The position numbers were made by a program, and so were the translations under genes. The notes below the pieces were generated by a model that saw only the letters and a program-made list of their open reading frames with translations, did not search any database and was not told the origin of the DNA. This document shows positions 47,030-58,283 of a stretch of 64,000 bases of DNA, one piece after another (the first letter of the stretch is position 1; each line of letters begins with the position of its first letter). Source of the DNA: Azolla caroliniana (taxonomy: Eukaryota > Plantae > Polypodiophyta); the NCBI GenBank assembly GCA_043228905.1, contig JBHGNT010000009.1, forward strand, positions 13,826,001-13,890,000. The letters are read 5' to 3'.

Positions 47030-50000
47030 TTGACACCTCTAGCTTCAAATTCCGAAAGACTAAAGGATCGATAGGCCATGCTTTCACAATTTGTATTCGT
47101 ACTGAAAATCAAAATCAAATGAGCTTTTACCCTTTTGTTCCACACGAGATTTCTGTTCTCGTTGAGCTCATCTTAGGACACCTGCGTTATCTTTTAACAA
47201 ATGTGCCGCCCCAGCCAAACTCCCCACCTGAGCTCTCAAGGCAGCACTTCCACTTCTATTGGGTTCTTGCTTTGAATCCCAAAAAGCTAACACCACTTTA
47301 GGGTTACAAGAGTATTTTTAGATAGGGGGAAAAAACCTCCTAAAGAGGGAAAAAATGCCCCTGTAGTCCTAAGTGTGTTCACACACATCATTGTCCTAAG
47401 TGTGTTCACACATTACTGTCCTAAATGTGTTCACACACATCACTATCCTAAGTGTGTTCACACATCACTGTCCTAAGTGTGTTCACACATCATTGTCCTA
47501 AGTGTGTTCACACACATCACTACCAAAATATGTCAACAACTTCCACATTGTAAAAGTTATAAATGACACTTTGTAGTGTCGGTTATGCTCATCCACATTA
47601 ATTAAAACATTATGCATGCTATTCTTATCTCCCTAATTATAATTAAGTGCTAATAGAGATTAACTACAATGATTAGTAAGTCGAGTGTTAATCTCTCTCC
47701 TTGTTGGTGACCAACATCTTCACACCACCTAGAATGTTAGAAATAAGATATTGTCTTTATTAAAAATTTGTTTGTTTATGTGTACGAGACCTTAAAGAGA
47801 TAGAGAGTGAGACAGAGATTAATATAATCACAATCCCTAGACCAACCTAGTAGCTCTAAGGTACTTGACAACTACCTCTGCCCAGTTTGCCTCCATTGAT
47901 CTAGAGAAGTGCTTCCGTGCTATGGTTCGTGAGTCATAACCAGTCTATGGTTCGTGATTGCGTCACGTTTCATGACTCAAGAGTCTCACCACGGTTCCCG
48001 AATCATGGTATGGGGGGGGAGAGTCATGTCTTGGGGTCCCTAAACCTTGCCACGGTTCATGATTGCGTCACGTTTCATGACTCAAGAACCTTGCTACGGT
48101 CCTCGAATCACAGTTGGGGGGAGAGTAGTGTCTAGGGGTCCCTAAACCTTGCCACCGATCATGATTACGTCACGTATCATGACTCAAGAACCTCGCTATG
48201 GTCCCCGAATTAGGGTTGGGAGGAGAGTCGTGTATTGGGGTCCCTGAACCTTGCCACAATTCATGATTGCATCACGTTTCACGACTCAAGAACCTCGCTA
48301 CGGTCCTCGAATCACGGTTGGGGGGAGAGTAGTGACTAGGGGTCCCTGAACCTTGCCACCGATCATGATTACGTCACGTATCCTGACTCAAGAACCTCGC
48401 TATGGTCCCCGAATCAAGGTTGGGGAAGAGTCGTGTATTGGGGTCCCTAAACCTTGCCACAATTCATGATTGCATCACATTTCATGACTCAAGAACCTCA
48501 CTACGGTCCCCGAATCACGGTTGGGGGGAGAGTCGTGTCTTAGGGTCCTTGAACCTTGCCACCGATCATGATTACCTCATGTATCATGACTCAAGAACCT
48601 CGCTACGGTGCCCGAATCACGGTTGGGGGGAGTCATGTCTTGGGGTTCCTGAACCTTGCCACGGTTCATGATTGTCCCACGTTTCATGATCAAGAACCTC
48701 GCTAGAACCCTAAACTCACTAGTAAAGATATGTTACATGTTACCAACAACGACTGCACGCCAGTACAAAGGAAAGAAGAAGATATTTGAGCGCGGCAATG
48801 ATGCAAGTGCATCGGAGCAAAGCGACTCTCACGGCTCCATCAATATTGACTCCAGACCTATAGAACTAAGGTCTGATTCGGCCAAGAGGACCATGAAATC
48901 GGCAAATGAAAAGATTTGCTGGTCAACACGCTACAAAAACCCCATCATCCGATACGAGTATAACACTGACATGGTGCATCATTATGCATACATGATGAAA
49001 GTGACTTCAATACGCGAACCAAAGAGCTTCACAGAGGCATTCAAGGATGCAAGGTGGCAAGCGCTATGAAGGAAGAAATGCAAGCATTGACCGCCAACAA
49101 CACCTGGGACCTAATCGACCCCCCAAAACAGAGTAAACCAATCAGTTGTAAGTGGATCTACAAGGTTAAATACAATGCTCACAGTTTGGTGAACAAGTAC
49201 AAAGCTAGGCTTGTAGCGAAAGGATATGCACAAACCCATGGAATCGACTATGACGAGACCTTTGTGCCTGTCACAAAGATGACAACAATACATGTTCTTG
49301 CAATGGCAACAACAAAGGGGTGGCATCTTCTCCAGATGGACGTGAAGAATGCATTTCTTATGGACGTGAAGAATGCATTTCTTCAAGGCAATCTTGAAGA
49401 AGAAGTGTACATGGTATAGCCCCCTGCTTTTCGGTCGGGCGTGCACAAATCAGCATTGTGTCGGCTGAAAGAGTCTCTATACGGACTCAAGCAAGCTCCG
49501 CAAGCATGGAACTTCAAAATCACTCAGTATCTATAGAAGATAGGTTTTGAGACCTCACAATTCGACCCATCTTTATTTATCTGCAAAGGTCGTGCAAGTC
49601 TAATCTGTATTTTGCTATATGTGGATGACTTGGTCATCACCGGAGCCGACCTGACCGAAATCAACCGTGTGAAAAACCAAGTGTCAAGCGCATTCAAAAT
49701 GAAGGATTTGGGGAACCTTTACTACTTCCTTGGGATCGAAGTGATCCATATGCCGGAAGGAATACTGTTGACGCACACCACTATGTCTTGAACATGTTTT
49801 TCAGATTCGGCATGACAAAATGTTCAAATTCGGGCTTTATCTTCTCCCTCAAGAGCGCATAGATCTCCTGGAGCAGCAAGAAGCAACCAACAGTTGCACT
49901 GTCGAGCACTAAGGCGGAGTATCGCGGAGCAGCTGCTGTGACATGTGAGGGGATTTGGCTGAAGAGACTATCGCGGGACCTTCAGGTGATGGTTGCAAAA

Positions 50001-53000
50001 CTGGTTCCCATCTATTGTGACAACCTCAGCAACATCCAACTCGTCAAGAACCCTGTTTATCATGCTCGCACAAAGCACATTGAGGTGCACTACCATTTCA
50101 TGCGCCAACATGTCCTTTGTGGCAAGATCAAGTTGTGCTTCGTTCGTACTGATCGGCAAGTTGCGCACTTGGTCTCGACAAGCTGCGGCAATTTTTGGAG
50201 ATGCTAGGACAATGCCATCTCGGCATGCCTTGCTTGAGGGGGGGAACTGAAGGGCCGAAGACCGAAAGCTGAAGTGCCAAAGGACGTAAGCCAAAGGGGT
50301 CGAAGTCGTAACATGATGTAAGCCAAGGCCAAAGGGCGAAGACCGAAGAAGGCCGAAAGGGCCAAAGGCTGAAAAGTCGAAACAGCCTAAAGCCGAAATA
50401 CATGTAAGCCAAAAGCCAATACCAGACTTGAGCTTGGGGGGGAGTGTTGAGATACCAAGCTCAACTAGGTTCAGTAGCGCTATTTAAGATAGAATCTAAA
50501 CAAGTTTGAAGTTAGTGACGTGAGAATTCAGTGCTCATGAATGCATCGATTGTATTCTTGTCAGCCCTCTTCCTTTACGAAAGGAATATAGGGCTTTGTA
50601 TATATGATGCTCTCTGAGCATACTTGTATGGTGGACTGTTTTGATTTTGAATACAGGTTTTCTGTTTTTTGTGCATACTCTGTGTATTTTCCTTCATCTC
50701 TGTGTGGTTTCCTTTTCTGTTTCTGTTTCTGGTTTTGGAGTCTGATATATCAGTCAATTCAGCTGAGCCGACAGTGTGATGACTTCTGCAACAGAAGCTA
50801 GTCGAGCTTCTTTACAAAAGATAACAGAAAGGAACACATGGCAAGAGATCTCACAGAAAATGCAGACAGAGACTCTTCTTGGGTGCATGACTGTTTGAGC
50901 AATAGACAAACAACTTTAGGAGTGAAACAAAGTTTAAAATTTTGCATTTGTGGAACTGGAAAATAACTTAGTGCCACTACCTGAAGGATTAAAACATGTT
51001 ATTGGAGATAAGGAGTGTGTCTATTCAGAACAGGTATACGCAATTGCTGAAGCTACACTGGGTATCAGGTTAATCAGGTAGGCTCCCAACTAGCTAACCA
51101 GAATGAGAGCAGTTTCCAACTAACTGTTTCTACAAGTCAACCAGTTGTTCTAGCAAGTAACATGGGATGGAAATGCCTTAACTAGCAAGTGGTTTAGCAG
51201 CTCCCTCCTGGGCTGTAGAATGCCTCTAATAACCCCATCCAAACTCTTCAGTTGGAAATGCATGCAAAACTGTCCACTGATAGACAATACTCAACCTGCA
51301 AAACATCCTTCGCAACAGAAAATTCAAGCAAAAAATGATTGAGGACGTTACGACTCATCAAGAAGTTAACATAAGAATTGCTTCACATGAAGCGGGATCA
51401 GGTCCTGTAGATAATGGAGTATCCAAGGGTTGCTTGTCGATATGTGATCAGAATCCAAGATAAAGACAACTTATGCAATTCACTAGTTGACCAACATGTG
51501 TCAGGATTCCCTGCTCAATCATAATCGCAGAGTCCTGAGATTGTATCTTGTACCACAAATGATATAAGACGCCATGAAAAGTTGTATCGGCGATGTACAG
51601 CAATGGATGGTTTGTGGCATCCCCACTAATTTGACAAGTCTTAAAACCAAAGGAGCTTAACATATGAACAGTAAATCTGATGACAGTGTGATAAGTGATG
51701 AGGCACCTAAGGTAACCAAGCAACCAGGCACCCAGTGGTATTGTGGATATTCCCATGATCTTTGAGAAGTTAAATTCTATGAAAGTAGACTCCCCCATCA
51801 GGGCAAAACTTAATCGTTTTAAAGTTTACAACATAAGTTTCCAATTCCAGAATTTTTGGCGCCAAAATAAGCCCAGTATGCATGCACATTATGAAATCTC
51901 ATTTAAAAGTGGATCTTACTGTTGATTCCCTGATTGTAATACAGTTGACAGTGCATCTACCAAGGTTATGTCTGATATTGTAATATCAGCAGCATTTATT
52001 GCACATTTGATGCTTTTTTCCGGCATTTATCTAATGATGTGATCCTTCTTCTCAGACTTATCTCTCTAATTCTTCTTCCTCCTTTCCTGCTCTTGCTTGT
52101 GGAACCTGCAGTGAGGCTTCTTATGCCCACCGTGATCATATTGAAAACAAACGACATCATTCCCATCGCTTTTGTTTCTAGACCTTTGTGTTAGTAATTT
52201 TCTGTTGCTACTTCTCCTTTTGTTGTATTGGCAAAGTCAAGAGACTCTACACTAGTTTTCCTACAGATTTCATTATTGATAATTTCTCCCTCTTGTTTGA
52301 AGAACCAAGACCCTGTGAATGTGACTCCTAGATATGTGTGGGATTGCGTGTATGCCACCTTTCCCACTCCCCAAAAGAATTCTAATTCTGATCTTGTTAC
52401 ACATGCTTGAGTGTTGTTAAACGCCATCATTTCATTTTTATCAAGGTTGACCAACAAATCCTTCTCAATCAGAAATGGCTCTAAAACACTGAGATGCCTC
52501 TGAAGGCCCTCTAGAGAGTCAGAGATAAACACAAAGTCATTGGCATACAGTAATATTGGTATGGCTACCGATGCTAAGCATGTTTCTGAACCACCCATTT
52601 TTTTATGCAAATAGATAGCTCATCCATATAACAACTGAAGAGAGTGGATGATAGTGGGTATCCTTGTTTAACTCCAATAACGCACGCCAGGACTCTAACA
52701 GCCGAATAGGAGTGAGCACTTTTACTCCAAGGTTAGAGAAAGAGACACAAGGTTAGCGTAAAGTCCCTGACTCCCCACAAGGTCTCCAATGTCAGTGGAT
52801 GATCACTTTATCATCAAAAATAAGCAATTTGAAAGCTGACTAGGCTGCCACCCTTATTATGGAATAGGTTGGCAGTAGGCTCCCACCTTTATTACAAAAT
52901 AGGTGGCACAGAATAAGAGACACCTGGAGCTTTTACCCCAACAATGTCTACTCTCCACTGAGATAAAGAAGATTAAGTTTACTCTAGTTATCATATCTGA

Positions 53001-54048
53001 ACTTAAACTTATACGGAGTAAAATATGTGGTTCTGAGAATATAGAAGTGAGATGTCCTGAAAAACAGTAAATTTATCACGTGAGTCATGTTTGTTATGAT
53101 GTCTGGGAAACACTATTGCCTATCTGGAAAGAAATTCTCCAGATGACGTTATTAAGGTTCCTTAAATTAACATTAACATTTACTGAAAGGGAGACAAAAG
53201 ACAGCAATTTTCAGTAAATGATCAAATAGATGGCATACCTCACCAGCTGCAACTGTGATGACATGGGGAGTAAAATCAACACCTGCAGTACCTGCTAGAT
53301 ATTCTGTGTATAAGCATCTATTAGCACACCTCACTTATTGAACTCGGGCAAAATAAAAATAAATTGGCACAGTAGAGGAACTCAGTTAAAGAAATGGAAG
53401 CACACAGTTTCTCCAAAGAAATCTTAAGGTTGACTACCCTATTTTCTTTGCTCTCAGGTAGTAGTTTTGGTTTGGCTCCCAAATGATACAATATGTCATG
53501 CCGCCTTCTTCCCTACGGTTTCTATTCCCTCTTGATCATGCCAGTACTCATCTGACAATTTATCAGGAGTCAAAAATAACATCCAGTCGAATAGATCTAG
53601 AGAAGTACCATTGCTCTGTAGCGAAAGAACCCCACACAAACATATGCACAACGACCTAATTAAACACATATACACTCAGATCTAGAGTGTTCCAGAAGAT
53701 AAAGCTAAGGTATTCCAACATTGAATTGCTTACAGACATCTAATGCAATCATTCAGAAGAGTAGGATTACACACCTAAAGCTGCAAGTTGTTGCTTCTTG
53801 CCAGAGCCCAATGGCCGACCTCTCACCTTCTTCTGTGACTGCAAGAGAGACTGCGACTGAGACTGAGACTGAGACTGAGACTGTGAATGTGAATGTGATT
53901 GTGATGGCGAGGAGTCGTGATGGGAGTTCATGAATACACCCATGCTGCCATCCACACTTCCCCCGTACTTTCGGGGCCGACCCCGCCTTCTTTTCACTTG
54001 TTCCATAACCGCACTTCCACCTGCGGTTCTGCCCATGCTGTTCATATA

Positions 54049-54079
<31 letters not shown>

Positions 54080-54222
54080 ATCAAGACGTCTGACGAGCTA
54101 CTTCCTCCGCTGCCTAGCTGAGCATGAGCAAGCCCCTTCTGCAATATCACGCTAAAACAGCTCGGAGGAGAAATCGTGGGGGGCCCACCACCACCACCAC
54201 CAATGTCCTCCCTGCCTTCCAT
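43482..54222 (-). CDS. AHL: AT-hook motif nuclear-localized protein (clade B, two AT-hooks plus PPC/DUF296), 5 exons, 337 aa
   Basis: join(54222-53775, 53291-53239, 44213-44079, 43943-43782, 43697-43482), all GT-AG and in frame; [61 protein letters not shown], terminal DINVSL. Confidence 0.93.
43782..43943 (-). CDS. AHL: AHL exon 4
   Basis: ag|[13 protein letters not shown]...[15 protein letters not shown]|gt. Confidence 0.93.
44079..44213 (-). CDS. AHL: AHL exon 3
   Basis: ag|[45 protein letters not shown]|gt. Confidence 0.93.
44372..44843. repeat. ~250-bp tandem duplication in AHL intron 2
   Basis: ggtttaattt..aaaagaaaaagaaaagagtaatgtctttc..ttcaggtttggctc at 44372 and 44622. Confidence 0.9.
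45120..45420 (+). mobile_element. LINE C-terminal Zn-finger fragment
   Basis: [34 protein letters not shown]. Confidence 0.7.
45421..46256 (-). mobile_element. RTE/RTEX-like LINE 3' fragment with (TTTC)n tail
   Basis: [34 protein letters not shown]; tail aaagaaagaaagaaag at 45421. Confidence 0.8.
46258..46397. repeat. 140-bp direct repeat, copy 1 (copy 2 at 48605-48742)
   Basis: acggtgcccgaatcacgg...gctagaaccctaaactcactagtaaagatatg(c/t)tacatgtta at both positions. Confidence 0.9.
46436..47230 (-). pseudogene. 25S/28S rRNA 3'-terminal fragment (~800 nt, mutated copy)
   Basis: The reverse complement contains GGGGAGTTTGGCTGGGGCGGCACAT, GGGATAACTGGCTTGTGGCAGCCAAGCGTTCATAGC, GATGTCGGCTCTTCCTATCATT, the sarcin-ricin loop AGTACGAGAGGAAC, and the 3' end GATCCACTGAGATTCAGCCC. 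Confidence 0.95.
47366..47521. repeat. 25-27-bp tandem repeat, 6 copies
   Basis: Unit gtcctaagtgtgttcaca(ca)catca(t/c)t. Confidence 0.95.
47945..48703. repeat. ~102-bp tandem satellite, ~7.5 copies
   Basis: The anchor cacg(t)tcatgactcaag recurs at 47964, 48069, 48171, 48273, 48375, 48476, 48578 and 48678. Confidence 0.95.
48745..50752 (+). mobile_element. Ty1/copia 3' fragment (RT-RNase H, PPT ~50430-50445, 3' LTR from 50446), related to 58284-64000
   Basis: [28 protein letters not shown] (duplicated), [23 protein letters not shown]; gggggggagtgttgag at the PPT/LTR junction. Confidence 0.88.
51300..52272 (-). mobile_element. Possible very degenerate copia gag remnant
   Basis: [10 protein letters not shown] and a GHKKPHC knuckle-like peptide; the rest is unrecognisable. 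Confidence 0.3.
52273..52700 (-). mobile_element. LINE RT fragment
   Basis: [39 protein letters not shown]. Confidence 0.8.
53239..53291 (-). CDS. AHL: AHL exon 2
   Basis: ag|(G)[17 protein letters not shown]|gt. Confidence 0.92.
53775..54222 (-). CDS. AHL: AHL exon 1 (both AT-hooks, polyQ and SQ repeats)
   Basis: MEGRED...[11 protein letters not shown]...[17 protein letters not shown]; donor GT at 53774. Confidence 0.92.
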
Positions 54223-54244
54223 TCTTCATACATATATCATCATA

Positions 54245-54475
54245 TGCAAATATGTAACTCTCTGCGTCTCTCTGTCTGTCTGTCTGTGTACGCAAATTAT
54301 TATGGAGCAGCTGAGGGGGGGGGAGGGCATCTCAAAATCAAAATCAAAATCAAAATCAAAATCATATGATGATGGGCGGCAGGAGCAGAAGGTTGCGAGG
54401 TGGAGGTGGGGGGGGGGGGGGAGGAATACTCACTCACTCTTCTTCGATTCGGAGGTCCGTCCAGTAATGTTACAG

Positions 54476-54511
<36 letters not shown>

Positions 54512-54833
54512 GTATATGTATGGGTTTTGAGCGGTAAATGAATGAACGCCCGCAGCGCAGGAACAGACGAAGAAGAAGGGAAGGGAAGGAGAGGAATGAG
54601 AGAGATTGAGGCTGCAAATTGATTGAACGAACACACACACACAGACAGAGAGAGAAACAAACCTCTCTCTCTCTCTCTCTCTCTCCAAGGCAGGCAAACG
54701 AATACTAATGACAGAAACTCTCCTCTCTCTGATGATGATGATCGTAGTAAGAGAGAGAGAGACTCGGTTCTTGGTGTTTTTTCTTTGTTTTGATTTGGGG
54801 GAAGAAGAGAAGAGCAAGCTACATTTGGCGACA

Positions 54834-54865
<32 letters not shown>
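54245..54865 (-). promoter_or_regulatory. Microsatellite-rich AHL 5' UTR/proximal promoter
   Basis: (TCAAAA)n, G-runs, (TA)n, (AC)n, (CT)n and (GT)n directly upstream of the ATG. The regulatory role is inferred from position only. Confidence 0.45.
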
Positions 54866-55269
54866 TGTCGAACTAAAGATTTTGTGTGAATTATAATCAT
54901 TGTTGTGAACTTGTGGTACCTTCTCTCCCATTCATTCATTTTTAGACTATCTTCATCCAATCAATACGTCTTTACATGTTATCCCGTCTTCGCAATATGC
55001 TTACAATGGGCGGGCAAGGGAGGGGGCAACAAGGAGCACTTCTAGTTGTTCTTCCACGTCATTCGCTTTAGTGTTGAAGAGTTGGAACTTCCCAACTATG
55101 TTCATGGCTATCTATGGTTTGCTTACAATGCAATTCAACATCTTTGAACGTCATAAGTTGATTTATGTTTCCCCCATTGCATTTGGCAAGCAAATCTCAA
55201 TATTAATAGGCTACACACGTGTCAATGAGACTTTATTTTAAATCTAAATTTGTTTTCAACGTTAAGAGA

Positions 55270-56800
55270 AAACCAACTTTTTTTTTTCTTTTTTTTCTTT
55301 TTTAAAGTCAAGATTCACCATGGTATTAATGAAAAGATGCCCAAAGGCTACAAAGTATCCATACAATCTATTACAACCCTCGTACCCACATGAATGGACA
55401 TGTCTAGTAGCGGAAACCCTCATGCATGGTCTTTTCAAGACAGGGGGCGGAAAAAGCCATCTTGGTGGAGCATATCTCCATTTTATTCTGTCCCCAAAAT
55501 AGGTGAAGACCTCTGCCTTTTTCCAAATTTCTTGAAATTGTTGTTGCTTGCGAAACACAACGTCAAACTCACCATGTATTGCCTCATATTGACCTCTTAG
55601 AGTATGCAGGAGCATCAACCATATCTCCTTGACTAGCTCAACCGCATTCGGTTTGACATTCTGAAATACACACTTACATCTTGCCTTCCATAACATCCAA
55701 ACTACTAAAGAAGATACAGTAGACCAAACCTTGTCTTCTTCCAAACAATGGATTGGTGTAGTATAAGAGGCCTCCAACACATGTCTTCCATTAGAGAGGA
55801 GAAGAAAAACAACACAGTCCCTTTCATAATTCTGTATTTCTTCAGCCAACCTTCCCCATCTCACAAAACCCCATGTGTACGCATGTTTACCATAAATAGG
55901 ATACAAATTTCTCAACACTCTTTTCCATACTGCTCTAGCTATAGGACATACCCATAAAACATGGTACACCGTTTCATTGGGAAAACCACAATTGTCACAT
56001 TTTTAATCATGGCAATGCCCCTTCATCCATGACTTCACAGGGGTGCCATAATGTACCAACAACCATCTAAACAAGACAACTTTTCTAGGAATTTGCATGG
56101 CCCATAGCCATTTCCAATAAGCATTTAACCAAGAGTGTCGTACATTACCCAAGTTCCAAATTTTACATGGGGCTAGCGTAACAGCCACACGCCTCCTTAG
56201 CAATTCTCTACCCATTTTTACCGAGTATTGAAAAAATGGGATTTGCTTGCCTAGCATTCCTTGTGGTAATATGCTTTGCCATTTCCATTCATTGGGATCC
56301 CACAAAAGTTTGTCAATGGGCTTATTCTTGTAGACCCACAATTCAGATAAATTGTTTATATCATTTGGGTGTGGATTCAACATCCATTTTTTATCCTTTT
56401 TCCACAATATACGAACAGGCAACATACTCCCTTGAGATACAACTTCATCTTCCATAACGATAGAATGAAGCCATCCAGTCCGCAAAACATCGAAATATAG
56501 ACAGTCATGAGAGTTTTTATAACCTCTGGCCCCCAACAAGACATGTTAAGATGAAAACATACCATACCAAAATAAACCACTTTTGAGAAGGTTGAAAGGA
56601 ATACATCGTAAACACTTTATCGATTTCTTTATACATAATGTTTCCACCCCAAATTGTGCGACAAATTTGGGTTTTGTTTTCGATCGTCGAAGAAGAAAAA
56701 TACAGCCAATTCCTTACCGATCCAGCTTCTCCTCTATCAAAATTAGCCCATTTCAACCTAGAAAACCCACTTATTTTTTGTTGGCACATAATGAATAACT
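55270..56800 (-). mobile_element. L1/Tx1-type LINE 3' fragment (zf-RVT region) with A-rich tail
   Basis: WKWLWAMQIPRKVVLFRWLL..C.ICG..ETVYHVLWVCPIARAVW..WMLWKARC; poly(T) on the plus strand at 55278-55303. Confidence 0.8.
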
Positions 56801-56934
56801 ACATATCTAGTGCCTTCTTTGGGATTGGGATTGGATTCCCTGGTGAGGCCCAGTCACTTATGGTACCATGTCCCTGTTGGAACAGTTTTGAGGACACCAC
56901 AACAACAATGACACAGCACTCAAAGAGAGAGAGA

Positions 56935-57890
56935 AACAAATAAAGATATATTAATGTATTATAAGACCAAAATTGTTCCATGAGACAAATGATACAATAA
57001 CGAGATCTGTACCCAATCATAAATAAAAATAAAAATAAAAATAAAAGTGGCTTAATTGCCCAATAATGGGATTTTAATGGGAAAAGGAAACATAAATAAA
57101 ATAGTTATATCATTGTACAAAAGTGTGATGGGGTGTAGTGTGTTCCATAACAAAATGGCTATGTGGCGAGACTAGTTTCATTTCTATCCAACTCTCTCTA
57201 AGAGGAGTGGGGGATTAAAGGGTGTTGATGTGGGTGTGGTTCTGTGGTCTCATGCAAATGATATCTTGATGTGAGCGTCACTTCTCCTTATCTTCTTAAT
57301 GTCTGCTACACGACAATGAGTGACTTTGGTATCCAAGGGCATTTGGTTTCTCATTGATTTTCTGCTTTAGCAAGGGAGAGCATGATATGGTGCAAGAGTG
57401 TCCAATGTCCACGATGCACAATCGTCATTCTCCCTTGTCCCTAAAATATTTTAAGTGGTTACATGTTAGTGAATATTAAAATGATTACAGTTAACATTTT
57501 GTAGCTTACTCTCTCTATGTCATTTTAGCTCTAATGTACACCTACCTAATGTCTGAGGTATCCAATAATTGGGAGAGGAGGGTCCTTATATGTTTCTCTT
57601 ATCTTGGCGTAAGCTAGACATTTGCATGTAAAATGATACTCATCTTCTATCTCCATGTGACATAATCTACATATACTTTCCTCTCTAGGAACTCCATTAG
57701 CACGACCATTTTTTATCTCAAATTGGTGGGATGATACTCTAAGTTGTCCAATAGCAACTCTTGGTGCATGTGCTAAGAATATATCCAAATATTTTGGTCG
57801 TATAATAAAACCTAACTTCGAGAAATGCATGATATGTTCTTTATAGTAAAACATTTTAGATGGGAGTGGCTCTTATGGTTGATCCATCTA
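56935..57890 (-). mobile_element. RTE/RTEX-like LINE 3' fragment
   Basis: GQLRVSSHQFEIKNGR..ICRLCHMEIEDEYHFTCKC; 3' motif gatatattaatgta..taagacc at ~56945. Confidence 0.7.
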
Positions 57891-57959
57891 TGAAGAGCAT
57901 AAAATATTCATATTTCTTGGCGTCTCACTTTATTAGAGAGAGAAGAGAGCACAATATGG

Positions 57960-58131
57960 ATGCAACTAAGGTTGCCTAATGGAGACCATGTGGTCATGGG
58001 TTCAACCCCTACATTCCACAATGGCATCTAGTGAAATAAGAGATATATATTAAGTAATAAAAAGGTGAGAAATTTGGGTTCTGAACCCAAGATGTAATGT
58101 TGGTAGTGTAAATGACTTACCACTAGGGTAA

Positions 58132-58170
<39 letters not shown>

Positions 58171-58278
58171 TAGCTTTGTTGGTAAGGTTGCCCAACGACG
58201 AGTGGTCATGGGTAGAGAGGTGAGAAATTTAGGTTTCGAACTCGAGATGTAGTGTAAATGACTTACCACTAGGGTAAC
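57960..58278. other. Duplicated tRNA-like (SINE-head-like) segments in both orientations around (GA)n
   Basis: Minus strand has TAGTGGTAAG..GGGTTCAGAACCC (58062-58130) and TAGTGGTAAG..GAGTTCGAAACC (58218-58278). Plus strand has taaggttgcc..gtggtcatgggttcaaccc (~57967-58008) and a partial copy at ~58183-58213. Confidence 0.4.
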
Positions 58279-58283
58279 CTAAT

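Noticed and set aside
46436-47230. Functional rRNA gene or ORFs 46463-46816 and 46903-47301
   Set aside because: An isolated, mutated 3' fragment with no 18S or 5.8S; the ORFs are antisense rRNA artefacts.
54300-54960. Overlapping 110-176-aa ORFs upstream of AHL
   Set aside because: Open frames produced by microsatellites.
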